Source of the DNA: Gnetum montanum
Lineage: Eukaryota; Plantae; Gnetophyta
Direction of reading: 5' to 3'
Assembly (NCBI GenBank): GCA_015680685.1
Contig: MNCI01003452.1
Location: forward strand, 185,142 to 249,141
Length of the DNA stretch: 64,000 nt
Part shown: piece by piece, positions 48,004-62,923 of the stretch
Layout: each line of letters opens with the position of its first letter
How positions within the stretch are numbered: the first letter of the stretch is position 1
Translations under genes and position numbers: made by a program
Notes under the pieces: generated by a model
Told to the model about the DNA's origin: nothing
Seen by the model: only the letters and a program-made list of their open reading frames with translations
Database searches by the model: none

Positions 48004-50796
48004 ATGGTCCCAAAGCGTGGACAACAAGAAGGTCCCTCTCAAGGTGCATCTAAGTGACCCAGGAGAGGTAGAAGATAGGTGCTTGTCAAACAACATGTAG
48101 AGCAGGAGGAGCAATCATTCAATATCCATCAAGAAGCCCCTACCACTATACAATTGGGGCATGTAGAAGGAGGAGCTACTGTAGTGCCTGAACAAGGACA
48201 ACACCTCACATTTCCCCTGGAGTGTGTTCAAGACATCCATGAAAGGTCCACATCAGCTGCAGTGATCGTGAAATTAAAATTTGGACCGTTCACGGAATTT
48301 GCTCCTAAGGCCATTAGGGACTAGCTCAAAGGGTCCCCTTTATGGTCTATCCTCTTCGAAAGCGGTGCTTGGTACTTAGGAGAAACATACCAATTTTGGC
48401 ACAATAAAGAAGAAGGCACCATAGTTGACATTTGTGGTGTGTCTATTGATTTTTCCACCAAAGCCATTTTGGAAGTGTTAAACCTTCCAAACATGGGGCC
48501 AAAGGTTGCTTGTCCACCTACTCACTCTGATGCTAATGCACGAAGGGTTTGGTTAGACAGGGCATACAGTAAGGAAGATAAAATATATGGAGAATTAACG
48601 TTAGAAGATAGAATCTACTTTAAAATTGGAACTTATCACATCTTTTCCACAAAAGGATTAAATAAAATTTCAACATATGTGGTAAGAGGAAGTGAGATAT
48701 TGATGGAAAAGATTAATGCTAACCTACCTCATCTATATCTCATGGAGATCTTAAGGCGGTTTGAAGAACACAAGATAGGGAAGTTTGTGTTGCCCTTCCC
48801 TTGTCTCATTAGGAAGCTATGTAAGCATGTTGGCATTTGGGGATACACCAATGATGTCCTTAGAAGAGCCCAAAATGCTTCGTATGCTAAATTGTTGAAG
48901 CCACCAGCTGCAAGGAAAAGTGCTGGTGAGATGCTGGAGCTAGAACAAGAGCAAGAACAAATGGTGGAGCCCATTGCAACTCAAATTGCAGGGCCTAGCC
49001 AACTTTCAAGCACAGGACCCAGCCAAAAACAAGAAGTAGGGCCCAACACGAGCCAACGAGATCAACCACCACCACCATCGTAGGATTACCAACCATCGAT
49101 GAGCCATCTCAGGGCCATTACTGAGATGGTCAGTTGGGGAAGTTGTGAAGTGCAAATCTCTTCCATGTCATCGACAATACCGTACAACCCATTGTCTCTA
49201 TAGATTGTGCATGGGGTGAGGTGTCCATTCAGATAGGAGGAGGGGAGACTTATTGGTTGCAACAAATTTCAAGGAACACTGCATCCTTTTAGGTGCAACT
49301 GGAGACTGGCATAGGGGCCACAGTGATGGTCGTGCAACACCAAGATGTAGTAGGAGTTGCAGAGGTGATCACATACCATATCAAAGAATCTTTTAATGTC
49401 CTTGTTGTGCCACTGGAAGATTTCATAGGAGCATAGGATGCTCAAACTTTGGTCGGTCCCGCAATAACTCCTATAGAGCATGAGGATGTGCTTGATCAAT
49501 TGTTGCAAATAGGATAGGTGATGATGTCCTTGTTTGACATCCCATAGGATGTTATGGTAGCACAATAAGGCCTCATCTCCACCAAAGGGAAGTTGGTCAT
49601 GATAGAGATAAGGGCTGAGCATGCAGAAGTAGAATTGGAAAGACTGCAAGAAAGGCTTGTAACCCTGCAAGCCACATAGTGGGATCCCTCTCAATTGGTT
49701 CCCACAGACTATCTGGACACCTCAGGATAGAGCAACTTAACAAATTATTGGTAGATAATAAAAGAGTGGCAGAGGAAAAAGAGAAGGCCGACTGGGATGC
49801 CTCCAAGGCACAAGCATAAACCTATGTGCACACCAAGGTACTCAAGGCCTTACAAGAAGAAAATAAATAGCTTGTTGCCAATAATATTTGGTTGACCTCT
49901 ATGAAGAAACAAAAGAACATTCTTGAAGAAAATTTTTACTGTGAGAAAAGTTGATCAGGGTCAACCAGGACATGAACTATTTGGCTAGAGAAAATCGAAC
50001 CCTCTCAATGGAGGAGGTACACGCCATCTATTAGAAGACGACCATCAAAATAAATGCATGGAAAAACAAGGCCAAGTGGCATGAAAAATTAAAGGAGTAT
50101 TTTCGAGACTAGGTGGGAATGTACAAGCAAGTTATCAAAAAAGAGATCCATATGGCCAAGGCCCACATCAACACTTCTAGTGCTTAACACACTAATTGGT
50201 GGGCCATATTAGATACATATGTATTTTTCCACTAGGTGGAACTTAAAAGCTGAGACCTACAAATTCAGGATGTCACAAAGTACATGGAGTTGGCAAATCT
50301 GTGGTATGCCAATATAGCCATGTTGATAGCAGGGCACTTGAGGATAGAGCTCGAGAGGCAGGTAGCTACCACCTACGCCAAGTATGAAACAAAATTTGCA
50401 TAACACAAGAAAACATTGCAGAAGCTAGAAGTTGCAGATTTTGAATTGGAGGTGGCTAAAGCAAGCTACCAAGGATAAAAAGATGTCACAACAGACTTGG
50501 CTTAACAGCTTACAGATTTTTAGGAGTACAAGGACAAAGCCAAAGCCTACGAGGAGGAATGACGATTTTTTGTGGCTTGGTATGTTAAAGTAAACAAAAT
50601 GTTTTTGCAACTATCATGCGCATGGGAGGTGCTAACTCCATCAAACATTGGAGCATTAGTATGGACAACACAGGATCTACGAACAGAAGAGGAGAAGCTC
50701 CAGGCACTACTTCAACATCATCAAATCCCAAAACCTAGAGCACAAGACAAGGGGAAGCCACCCATGGAGGAGCCACCACCTCCTGGAACCACATGA
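48004..50796 (+). pseudogene. Athila-2 accessory (env-like) ORF
   Basis: ttgcAG|ATG start; GAWYLGETYQFW, LPFPCLIRKLCKH and YMELANL motifs; C-terminal EEPPPPGTT*. Collinear with 24088-26922. Confidence 0.82.
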
Positions 50797-53700
50797 GCCA
50801 AATAAAGTTTACAATTTTGTGACTTTGCAATTTTGTAATGCTATAAATTTGTAATTATGTGTTGTGTCTCAATTTTGTCCTATTGAGTTCTCCACTACAG
50901 CATGAATAAATCATTAGTTAGCTAATAATCACATACCTATCCACTATGTAATAAATGAAGCTTATTCTCATTTTTGAATCGAGGATGAGTTGTTATTTAG
51001 TCGTGGGGGTATGATGAATCATAATTCATCAGGTTGCGACATTAGACCCCTGATATGGAAGCCTCGATATCAGGTACACAATATTGCAACCAGGTCACGA
51101 TATCAGATACACGATATCGTGACTCTTGTGCAGACCTATAAATACACATGTAGGCACACGGGAAAGGATTTAGTTTAGTTAGAGTCTTTTTGTTATTTTT
51201 TCCTCTCAACCCTTTCTCCCAGTGCATGCCTATAGTGTGATGATTGTAATTGTGTACATCCTTTATTCAAGTGTGACGTACTTGAACACGAACATGATCG
51301 AAAATAAAGATCGAGATTACTTCATCATTGTAGCATCCACTTAGTTTAATTATTTAATTATTATTTTTGTAGTTAATATCTCTTCACCCTAAACTCCTTA
51401 AACATGGAATGAGTACAACTTGATCACGAGCATCTACGTGTGACTGCTTGGTATCCTAGTAGCGTACTCAGGCCATGCACTTGGTAATTCCAATGGTAGT
51501 CGTGCATGAGGCCTAAGATGTGTACAAATGATTAAGGAACAGATGCTCATCGCACTTAGGATAGCTTAAATACTCTCTCCCTAGCTCCTATTAGTTTAGC
51601 TCTCTCTCCCCTTTCCTCCTAGCTTAATTAAAGATTACTTTCCATCATCTCTAGGAGTAGCATTAGTTTAGGAACACATCATACATCTCACTCTAGACTA
51701 AACCATATGTGACAAAGAAAATACTAGTCTAGGTGGGAAGACAACGAACTAAAATCAATGAGTAACTATCTAGATACCACAATTAGCCTGTATGCGGAGT
51801 TCAATCGGATCGTACGTGAAACACTCATATTCGTATGGTTGAGTGTAGGGGTACCTCACCACTCATCACTCACCTTGAATTTATTAACTTCATTAGGTTA
51901 ATGAATTATGGATCTTTTTTCAAGCCATCTTGAATTCTAGCTAGTAGTACCTCATCACATTGAACATGAGAGGTTTGTGACCCACTAATAGAAAAGAGCT
52001 AGGAGGTAGATTAAGGATAATAGCTAAATACATCTCTCACAACATTCTCCTTCATAGGATGGTAGACTAATTGTAGGTTAAATTTAGAGAGAAGGACCCA
52101 CCATTGAGCTTGCTTAGTTTGAAGCTTCATTTGATTGAGTAGATAGCTAATAGGCAAGTTATGTATCTTCACAAGGATTCAGCTTTGTAGTAGGTAGTGC
52201 CTTCATGATCTTAAGTAATGAATAATGGTGAATGTTTCTTTGTTGTGGATAGGCCATATTTTCTCTTCTTGATTTAGCTTTTAGGATTCATAGGCAACAA
52301 GGTGGTCCTCTTGTAGCAGTATCCCACCAATTGTAGTCTCATTAGTGTTTGTATGAATCTCAAAGGGTTTTGAGAATTATAGCAAGGCTAGCCTAGGATG
52401 AGAGGTTAAGGCCTCTTTGATTTTGTCAAATGCCTATTGGTAGCTAGAGTCCTAGTGTCATGTAACTTCTTTCTTTTGTGAATTTGTGAGAGGGGCAGTA
52501 ATGCTTGAATTTTTTTTTTGAGAAATTTGCAATAAAAGCTAGCTAGTCCCATGAACTATTGTACTTCATGAACATTAGTATGGATAGGTCATTGACATAT
52601 AACCTTAACATTCTTTGGGTTGGGCTTAATTTGGTTGTGCCCCATGAGGTATCCTAGAAACTTTAACTCTATATAGTAGAACTCATACTTCTCTTTCTTC
52701 ACGTAAAAAATTGATTTTGCTATAATTTTTCAAAGGCCATATACAAGTGGAGGACATGATCCTCCATGTTTTGACTATATATTATGATATCATTAAGGTA
52801 GAAAACTAAAAATTTGTTAAGAAATGACATGATGAATATCTCATTCATGATCATACAAAAAGTGGTTGGAGCATTAGAAAGCCCAAGGAACATTATCATC
52901 CATTCAAAAAAACCATATCTAGTCACAGAAGTGGTTTTTTCCTTGTCTTCCTTTGCAATGTGGACCTATTAATATCCTTGTTGGAGGTTTAGCTAGGTAA
53001 AATAGCATGCCCTAGCTAGTTGATCAAATAATTTAGAACTTAGAGGCACTGGATACTTATTCTTTATGGCATGCATGTTTAACAACTTGTACTTGTAATA
53101 AAGATGTAGAGTCCCATCCTCCTTGGTGATAAATAACATTGGTATATCATAAGTTAATTTTGAGGGATGGATGTACCCTTTGGAAATTATACTTTCAAGC
53201 TATTACTTCAGCTCTTCCAACTCTGGCTAGGTGATATGGTCTTTGAATAAGAGGGATTACACTCAGCAAAAAATCTATGTTATGATTTAATGCCCTTTGT
53301 GGTGGTAGACTTATAGGTATCTATGGTGGCATAGCATCATGAAAGTGATCTAGGACCCATGTAATTCATGGGTTGAAATTTGAATGACGCTTACTAGCCT
53401 CTACAAGATCAGCTATCTACACAACCAAAAAGAAATCTATGGGTGGGATTTCTAGCCATGCATTTCATTACCATTGGGGAGATGATTTAAAGAGTAGATT
53501 CTTCATCCTTTCCTACTTGTGCTCCATGACTTTGAATCAAGAAAGGTGAGTTCTCATGAGATAAAGATCATGTCTAAATGTGGAGCTATAAAGACCTTTG
53601 CCTTGCATAGGAGCTCCTATCCCAAAATAACCTCAAAGGAATTCATGTCCAAAATTGAGAAGTCGGGGACCCCATGCCAAGAGCCTACTTAGACTAGAAG

Positions 53701-56001
53701 ATTTTTGTTGATACTAATGCATTGAAAGGGTTAAAATGTTGTAAGTTTATAGAAGGCTTGGATTGGATCCACAACTAGTAAGTTCCTTACCATGGATAGA
53801 ACCATGTAATTGTGACTTGTCTCATTGTTAATCAAGGCATTGACCTATCTCGAATCCATGGTAACTAGGGAAAAATAAACTTGGTGTAATTTATTAGGGC
53901 ATACCTCTTAGGAACCTAAAGATTCTACCTTTTTGAGAATCATATTGGACAACCCCATCATCATAACCAACCTTTGCTACTCGCTAGAGGTGCTACCATC
54001 TATAAGTTATAGGTATAGTTGTGGATGGTACTCCAAGGACATTAGCTGCTTTTGTGGAGCTTGTCGTTGTATATTCTTAATTCTTTCTAAGATAAGAGGA
54101 AAATTTCTTGCTATATGGTTTCCACAACATCAAAAACATTGAATTGATACCTTGAATGATCCTCTTGAGAATTATCGCTTCTTAACCCTAAGTTACCATT
54201 TACTCTTGGTATCTTTCCACTTTTGCTAGTGTTAGCACATTTACACCATATGATGGAGTAGATTGTAATAGATTTATTATTTTCTTGAAATTATTCTAAT
54301 ACATTGAAATAATTTTTATAAGTTAGATACCTAGGTTTCTAAAATTCAAGGATGATGAATTATGAGACTAGTTAATCATCTCATGAGTGAAATGAGTATA
54401 CTATAGATAAGGCTGATAGAAACAATGCAATATACACTGGGATGGATTATTAGTTCTTCTTAATTTGGTTTACTCTTCATAAATTAGTGTATATACAACC
54501 ATGAGTATAATGGAGATTTGTCTTAATGATTGTAATAATGCAAAGGTATTTAACGTGCAAAATTGGGTTATTATGTTGATAAATTAAAGACAAAGTTTAA
54601 CAGAATAAATTATGTAGTAATGTAGTGAGAAACAAGGGGTATGACTTGAGAAAATGAAACTTATATATAGGTTATAGTATGTAAGTAATATGCAAAGTGA
54701 AATCTTGGAAAGCACAAAGTTTATTTCTTTGAAAAATTGCAATAATGGCTATATTTTTTTACAATATATTGATATGAATAGTTACAATGATGATATTAAA
54801 TGCATTCATGAAAATATAACTAGAAGTATCCAATATAAATAATACTATGCAGTAGAATGCATAAAATCTTTGAGAATAAAAAAAATTAAAGTTGTAATGT
54901 TGGATTTTCACAATTATCAATTTCATCCAAAGGGAGAAAAAAATTCATAGTATTATTGCATACATTATGCCTAAAAGAAGAATTTAAAACTTGAGCACTA
55001 CATCTATTAACAATAGATATTGTTAATGTATTCATCAAAATTAATTGTAGAATTCTAGGAATGTTGCTAGACATCCATGTTCTACACTTGCCATTCCCGT
55101 CAAAATCGAGTTCATGTGTGCAGATCCCAAACAAGTAAACAATATGAAAATGTCTTTGCTTGTACAAAGTTGAAACCCTAATCTCCATTGTGCAAAGAAC
55201 CTACAATAGAAACAAAATCACAATGATGATTTGTTGTACTTATGAGTTAGAAAGAGAGCTCATAATATTGAAATGAAAATGAAATAAAAACACCATGGAC
55301 ATTCTCACACTTAGTTTGCGTTTCCAGAATGGTAATCAATAAAATGACATTAGGGCATTGACATCACCAATACCCTCATTGTGACTTCATGGTAGCAGCA
55401 GGAGTAGTTCTATTGACTTGGAGGAGTTTTGTTATTTTGGTCCATTCTCCAAGATTTGATAGGCAAATGCGAAGTAGTGTTTGTTGCTAAGATGCATCAG
55501 AGGAGGTAATCGTGAGAGTAGACTAATGGTATTTTGTGAAGAGCTCATCCACTAGTGGGAAGCAGAGAAACAATAACCTAACTCTTTCTCCATCATCGCA
55601 AGCACAAATTTAGATGGAAATTCCACAATGATTGACATAGAGATAGGGTTGTGAGACTTCGATGGCTTAGGATCCAAGTGTGTGGATAGTAAAAGGGATG
55701 GCAAAAGAGGTAGCCTAGGCAAATAGGTAGTAGCCAATAATAGTGCTAAAGCATAGAGCCAAGAATGCATAGCTTTTGGCATGAAAGCCATGGGGATTGT
55801 GAAGGCCTTTGTAGGATTACACATCAACACAATGTAGCAATACATGAAGCCCAAAGGCCACATAATCTTTTTTTTAAACATTGCTCACATTACCATATAC
55901 ATGGTCATTTTTTTAACATTGAAATGAGGTTTTCTTTAGTTTAAGTGATGAATTTATGAACTACAATTTTATTTTCTAAGGAGATTTAAGAATTAAAAAA
56001 A

Positions 56002-59000
56002 TGTATATTATTCCTTATGGAAGTTACAATATTCCCTTGAAATTTATAAGGTTATAATTACTCATAGGACACTTGCCCACCATGGCATGTATTCCTCAAA
56101 TTTTTGTAACTTCCTATGGTTATTCCCTTGATATTTGTTGCTAATAGAACAATTGGCAATCATAGCTTAAATTTCTAGTAACCTCTTATGGAAGTTATAA
56201 CTTCTAGGGTGGTTATAAATTAATCCCCTAGATATCTGTAATACCCTTAACTTTTCATGATTATTGTAATTACCCAAAACCACTATAAAAAGGCTTCAAA
56301 GGTAGAGTGAAAGGGGGAGAATTGGGTGAAGTAGCTTAAAAGAAGTTTGGAGATTGTAAAAGCATGGCTTGTTAAAGACATCAATTCAACTTCTTTGTTT
56401 TAATCCTATGAGTTCATTTCTTTCCATTTTGTTTTAGTTACTTAGCCAATGGTTTAGATAGTATCGTGCTTGGCATTTGATTTTGATATTTTTCCTAGGT
56501 TGATTTATAGCTTTTTTTATGAAATATTAGACTTCTATTAAGATTTCTCATAGAATATCTTATGTTGTTGAAAAGCATCAAGAGCAATTTAATAGTAACA
56601 TTTTAATGAATTTTCCTATTTTGAGCATAGAGAATCTAGAAAAATCTTTGGTATTTTGAAACAACTAAAATAGCTTCTTTATTTTAAAAGTGTATTGTCT
56701 TGGTATTTCAATCTAGAAATTATCAAATTTTTTGAAAGATCTATTGAATGAAATCTTAGACAACTATTAACTAGCCAAAATAGAGACTCGTACTTTTTTG
56801 TTTACACAACAATTTTTGGTAGTATAATAAGATTTTCTTTATGAAATTGCTTGTTGATCTGAGAAAGTTTGGACAATTCAGAGTTATTAAATTAGGAATA
56901 GCTTTACTGAAAAGTGTTTCCCTTTGTTAATTTATCTTGCTTAAATACTTGAGATTTTACACAATTTTCTTTTCTTCCTCTTTCTAAGTCCATTGAATCT
57001 TGCTTTATTTCTAGTTTTCTTATGGAAACTCTCTCTAGAAAAAATTAGAAGTAGATTGGTAGAATTGTGCTCAAAAGTTTTTTTTAAAATTTTTTTTGTT
57101 ACAAGTAACATACTATAGGGATTGTATAGAATAAGCGATTGAATGAAATAGGAATATCCAACAACTCATAGTATTTGACAAAGATAGCTGAATTTTTTAT
57201 ATGATAGTTGATTATAGTTTTATACACAACCCAACCATTTCAACATTTGCAACAACAAAACACATACTCACATTTAGTACATTTTATAACTATTGAGTCT
57301 AGTTGGAGGTATCTGGGCCTTGGTGTTGCTAGAGACCAGCAAACACCTAAACCCTATTTGAAGAACACCTTCGATCCCTTGACTTCCCATGGTCACAAGA
57401 CCCAGAGGTCACTACACATTGGCCATTTGGTCCCAAATGGTCACCACTTGTTCTTTTGGTGCTAGAAGGATGGTTGAAAATCTGTCCTCTAAGTTTATAG
57501 CCTAATAGTCCTAGGACACCAATAGTTCTTTTTTTGCTAGGAAGGCTTAAAAATTAGATACTATTTTGGGTTCATGACTAAGAAGATTGATAGTTTGAAA
57601 GATTTCAAAGGTTCAAAAGAAATTCTTGATTATAAGACTGATTATTCATTAGAAAAAGAACAGAAAAAGGTTTTTGAGTTTGGAAACATTTGTGGAGTAA
57701 AGACTAGAAAGACAAAAAGATCACCTCTTTTGTCTGGTTTACTAGTTTATAAGAGAAAGTGAAAGAAGTATAAGAGTTTAATGATCAAAAGGAATTCTAA
57801 TAGGATGGAAAATCCTTAACAAAGAGTTACACCATTAGGATTTCAAAACTACAACAATGTTCCTAAGGTAGTTTACAAATATTCGCATGAGCCTTTTATT
57901 CTTGGAAAAGCTTACTTAGTTGAAGAATACATTCACATGTTTGAGTTAGCTTTGGCTCATGCAAATATTTAACATCAAGATTAATCTTGTAGGTTTTTTG
58001 TAGCAAATTTAAAGGATATGACTTAGATTTGGTATTCAAACTTTCCAAGCAATAGTATCATAAATTAGGATGATATGAAAAGTATTTTTTTGGCCTAGTT
58101 TGACAATTAATTGGATCAACAACAACTGTAATATGGGCCAGTACAAGCTAAACAAGAAGTTAATGATCCTATTAGATATTTTAACATTAAATTTCAATGA
58201 ATTTATGGACTCTTTCAAAGGCAATATAGACCATTAGATGAAGTGCTTAGAGATAATTATCTTAAGGTTGTGAATTCCAATATTTCAATTTGGTTGAGAA
58301 GAACTCCAAACTTGCTAACACTAAATGATTACTTTAGTGAGGCTATACAGTTAAAAAAAATAGTTGAACTTGAATTATGAAGATATTATCACAACTCAAA
58401 AAAGAGAAGAGAAAATTATGATTCCTATGCAAGATTTTGCTCAACTTAAAGCATTACTAGTTACATCTCATATTAAAATAGAGTAAGAGTCTAAAAGAAA
58501 AGAACCTAAAAAAGGATAGTTAATGAAAGACTTGTTCAAGAAAGTAGTGAAGCTAGAAAAATCTTTGGCAAATGTTAAAATCAAGAAAGAAAAGAAAAAT
58601 AAAAAAAATAATAAACATAAAGATACTAAGCTAGTAGAAGATGAGGATTAAAGTGATCTTATCATGTCCAAATTCCTTGATATTGAATTTGATGATGAGT
58701 TATCTAGTGTTCATTATGCAAGAAAATCTTCTAACAATGGATTTAGTGATACTTCTTCTCTATCAAGTTTTGAAGAAGATATATAATCAAATAAGAAATG
58801 TAACAACAATGAAGAAAATGGATATAATATTTGATCAAAAGAAAGATTAACAACTTCTAGGCCTCCAAACTTTATTTTTGACCCATCTACTAAGAGAAAG
58901 GTTTTTGAACCAAGTAGAAGAGAGAAAAATAAAAGTAAAAAAGATCAAGTATAATAAAATACTCAAAACCAAACTCTTAATAAATGGATGAAGAAACTAG

Positions 59001-62000
59001 GCTTTTATGGAGATGGAGAATATGCTTTAATTGAAGGTCTTAAACATATTAGGGTAAATTTTAGCATATATCAATTGTTACAGATTGGAGATAATCAAAG
59101 AAAGGCTTTAGAGTTCATTAAAGGTAAAAATAGAGTTGAAGAGTCAGAGTTAACCTATGTGTTCAACAATGACAAGAAAACAAAAGCTAGCTATGATTGT
59201 ACTCCTAACAGGGAAGCCCCTCCTTTTCTTTTGATAATGAAGTTAAAGGACAAGTATCTTCACAATTGTTTAGTTGATTCTAGAGCTACATCCATTATTA
59301 TGCTTTTATCTATATGCAAAAAAACTTGGTTTGATTCCTAAAAAATCAAATAAAATGATCATACAAAAGTAGAGTGAAAATTGTGGGTCAATTACCAAAT
59401 GTTCTATTAGAAATTACTTTAGAACCTTGCATCAAAAGTACAGTAACTATTCAATTAGTAGATATACTAGACATAGTATATCTTTTATTGAGTAGAAGTT
59501 GGAGTAAAAATTTCTGAAGTTACATATCAATAGTACTCACATATGTGGATACCTTGAAAAGGAGAGCTAAATCAAATAGACATTTATAGTGAGCATTTGA
59601 TGAATGAAAACATTACTTCAAATGAAAAGAATAAAGTTGTTGAAAAAAGATCTTTTGAAACTAGAAGTTGATAATTTGAAAAAAGAAGAATCTCAAGATG
59701 AGAGCAAATGGGAACTATACTTTCATGGTTCTTATAATTGCAAAGGTGTAGAAGCTGGAGTAGTTCTAGTAAAAGATGATTTCCTAAAAATACTCAAGGT
59801 AATTCATCTATCTTTTCCTTGTATTAACAACAAGGATGAACATAAAGCTCTAAGTATTGGAATTAAAACAACATTGGAAAAATAAATCAAGGTAATTACC
59901 ATAAAAGAAGACTCAAGATTAGTCTGTGAACAAGTTAAAGGTAATTATGTAGTAAAGAGCTCATTTGTGTGATCTTATAAATAGTTTATCTGCAAAATTC
60001 TGGACTAGTTTCATTACTACCAAATAGAACATATAGGTAAAAGGGATAATAATATAGTAGATGACTTAGCAAAGGTAGCTTCATCATTAGATGCAAAAAA
60101 GATAAAAAGTTATGAAGGTGTAATGATCAAGAATGAACATTAGCCATCAATACCAGATAACATAAAGCATTTACAAGTATTTGAAGATGATGATTAATTT
60201 CTTAGATTCTTAAGGAACAAATACGAATTTTAAGGTCAAATCATACCTAAAATAGTATCAAGGTTTAAGAATAATGCTATTCCTAAAAGGGTGATTGATT
60301 ATGGACATGAGTTAGCAAAAAATTGCTTACCAAAAAGATATATAGAATCTAGATGATCAAGCGTATGAAGTAGTAAATTTTGAATCTACTGAGATGCCAC
60401 AAATCTTAAATTTCACAAAGGAAATACATTCAATTTTCAAGAAAAATCTATTATTACTCTTAAAAATAATTTGGAAAATTTTGCTTGGTCTTATGATGAT
60501 CTTAAGACTTGTAGACAAGATGTGATGACACATAAAATACCTTTAACAGAATGTTGCAAGATAGTTAAATAAAAATAAATGAAATTTAATACATCATTTG
60601 AGCTAGAAATGGAAGCTAAGATCAAGAAGTTATTGCAAACCTAAATTATATATTTAGTTCAATATTTGACATGGCTTGCTAACCTTGTGCTTGTAAGAAA
60701 GAAGAATGGCAATATTAGAGTTTGTGTGGATTTTAGAAATTTGAATGAAGCCTTTGAAAAAGATAAATAGCCACTTCCTAGAATTGATGAAATGTTGATC
60801 AGATTATTAGGTTGTCAAGTATATTCTTTCTTAGATGGTTTTTAGGATATAATCAAATCATGATAGGTAAGGGTGATAGATATAAAATGACATTTATCAC
60901 CAAATGGGGAACTTTCACTTACCAAGGAATGTAATTTGGATTGTTAAATGTTGGAGCTAATTTTTAAACAGCAATGGATTTAGCCTTTAAGGGCTTAATA
61001 GGTGAGTTTGTTGTGGTTTATTTGGATGATATCAATATCTTTTCAAAAAGGAAGGAAGATCATACTAATCATCTTCAATAAGCTTTGATAGATGTCATGG
61101 GTATAGTATTTTATTAAATCCTAAGAAATGTATCTTTGGGGTTAAATATGGAAGTTTACTAGGTCATGTAATATGTCAAGAAGGAATTGCTATAGGTAAC
61201 TTCCAAACTTAAGTAGTACAAAATATCGAACATCCCATTAGTAAAAAGTATCTTAGATCTTTCTTTGGAAAAATAGATTTTGTTAAGAAATTTACTCTAG
61301 ATTTACTGAAATTACTAAACCTTTGATCCATATGCCAAAGAAAAATGTTCTAGAAGAGAAAGCACCAAGATTAAAGAAACCTTTATTAGAAATTAAGAAA
61401 GCCATTCAAGAAGCTCCTTACTTGGTAAAGCCAAAATTGAAGGAATAATTCTAGTTAGATGCTTTTGCTTCAAATGATTCAGTTGCTATTTTAACTCAAA
61501 AAGATTAAAGTCAAGATGAACCAATCAGATTTTTTGGATATCAATTGAAAGGTTTCAAATTAAATTATTCATACTTAGAGAAACAAGCATTCACAACTAT
61601 TAAGAGAATTCAGTATTTCAAGTATTATTTAGAAAGATCATTAGTTCACATTATGCTAATTGAGCCTGTAGTTAAATAATTCTTAGCCAAAAATGAAATT
61701 GGATTGAAGAGAGAAAAGTGGCTCATAAAGCTTCAAGGTTTTAGATTTTCATTAGAAATATGTAGAACCATTAAAGAAATGGGATTAACCAAGTTAATGG
61801 CTAGAGAAGATGAAGTATGTGTGCTAAAGACTCATGAAAGAAATTGGTATGATGAGATTTTAGAATTCCTGAATACACAAGATTTCAAATAACTAAACTA
61901 CAAGTCAAAAGAGAGCTTTCTTTAAAAGAGCGAATAAATTTTTGGTGAAAGATGGAATTTTATACAAAATTGATTTCAAAAGGATTTTGTTGGAATGTGT

Positions 62001-62923
62001 TCAAAATGATCAAATTGGTCCTATTCTAGAACAATTCTATGACCATTCTAATTTATTCTATGAATCTCCTAAGTCCACTATGAAACATATACTTCCTTAT
62101 GGTTTTTATTGGTCTACTATAGATCAAGATAACAGTTTGAAAATTCAAAGATGTTCCAAATGTCAAATTCATGGATCAAAAATCAAAAAAGCTAAAGCCC
62201 AATTAAAATAGGTAATTGCAAATAGACCATTTCAACAATGGGACTTAGATTTTATTGGTACAATTACTCATTTGATAGTAGGACATAAGTTTATTCTCAT
62301 AACTACTAATGAATTTACTAAATGATCCTAAGCAAAGGCTCTAAGGAAAAGTTTAGCATAAAACATGATTAGGTTCTTGGAAGATTAGATTGTAAGTCAT
62401 TTTGGTCTACTTGAGGTGTTGGTATCCAATAATGGACCTACTTTTCAATTTGAAGAGTTTATAACATGGGCATCAAAAAAATCCATCTTTCTTTTTTTCT
62501 CATTAAATTATTATCCTCAAGGAAATGTCTTAGCTAAATCTACAAATAAAAAGCTTATTTCCTACATTAAGAAGTCAATGGATGGAAATCCAAGAAATTG
62601 GATTGATTACTCACAATTTGCATTATGGATTGATCGTATTAGATTTAAGAAGGCTCTTGGAACATCAACGCTCTTGGAATATCAACTTATAACTTAGTCT
62701 ATGGTTTACCTGCAAGAATTATGAACACGATTATAAGTTTGGCCTCAGATTTTATACAAAAGTATAGTGAGAAAACTGATAAAGATAGAAGTTTCATGAC
62801 CTTGCTCATCAAAAGAGAATCTAAAATGGATAAAGCTAAAAAAAATTTACTAAAGAATTCTTCTCAAGTTAAAAGGTCATTTTATATAAAGGCTTTGAAA
62901 AGAACTTTTAAAGTTAGTGACAT
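56002..62923 (+). mobile_element. Decayed Tat-lineage Ty3/gypsy element with an additional RNase H between protease and RT
   Basis: Possible LTR ~56002-56811 (uncertain). gag remnants ~57870-58350; protease CLVDSRAT (~59270); aRH WELYFHGS..FPCINNKDEHKAL..DSRLV..NNIVDDLAK (~59700-60080); RT WLANLVLVRKKNG..CVDFRNLN..VYLDD; RH; integrase PFQQWDLDFIG..VSNNGP..YYPQGN. Confidence 0.85.

Larger units (their letters stand above)
43066..51868 (+). mobile_element. Athila-2: non-autonomous Athila relative (8.8 kb) with gag and accessory ORF but no pol
   Basis: LTRs 43066-43958 and 51012-51868; TSD ctcat/ctcac; Asp-type PBS TGGCGCTGTTGCTAGGGA at 43960; PPT AGTCGTGGGGGTA. Contains an N gap at 47507-47519. 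Confidence 0.92.
40473..54240 (-). mobile_element. Decayed chromovirus (Ty3/gypsy), no 5' LTR found, interrupted by Athila-2
   Basis: Minus strand: gag knuckle CF*CCGNHIARNFP (~54120), RT TRYGFFEW..GLSNAP..VFYLNDI, RNase H, integrase PWAIVAIDFI...YPQTNGQ, chromodomain, PPT AAGCAAGGGAGGAT, 3' LTR. Confidence 0.85.

Noticed and set aside
54250-55990. ORFs 54886..55188 and 55552..55881 as host genes
   Set aside because: No recognisable motif or supported exon structure; left unannotated.
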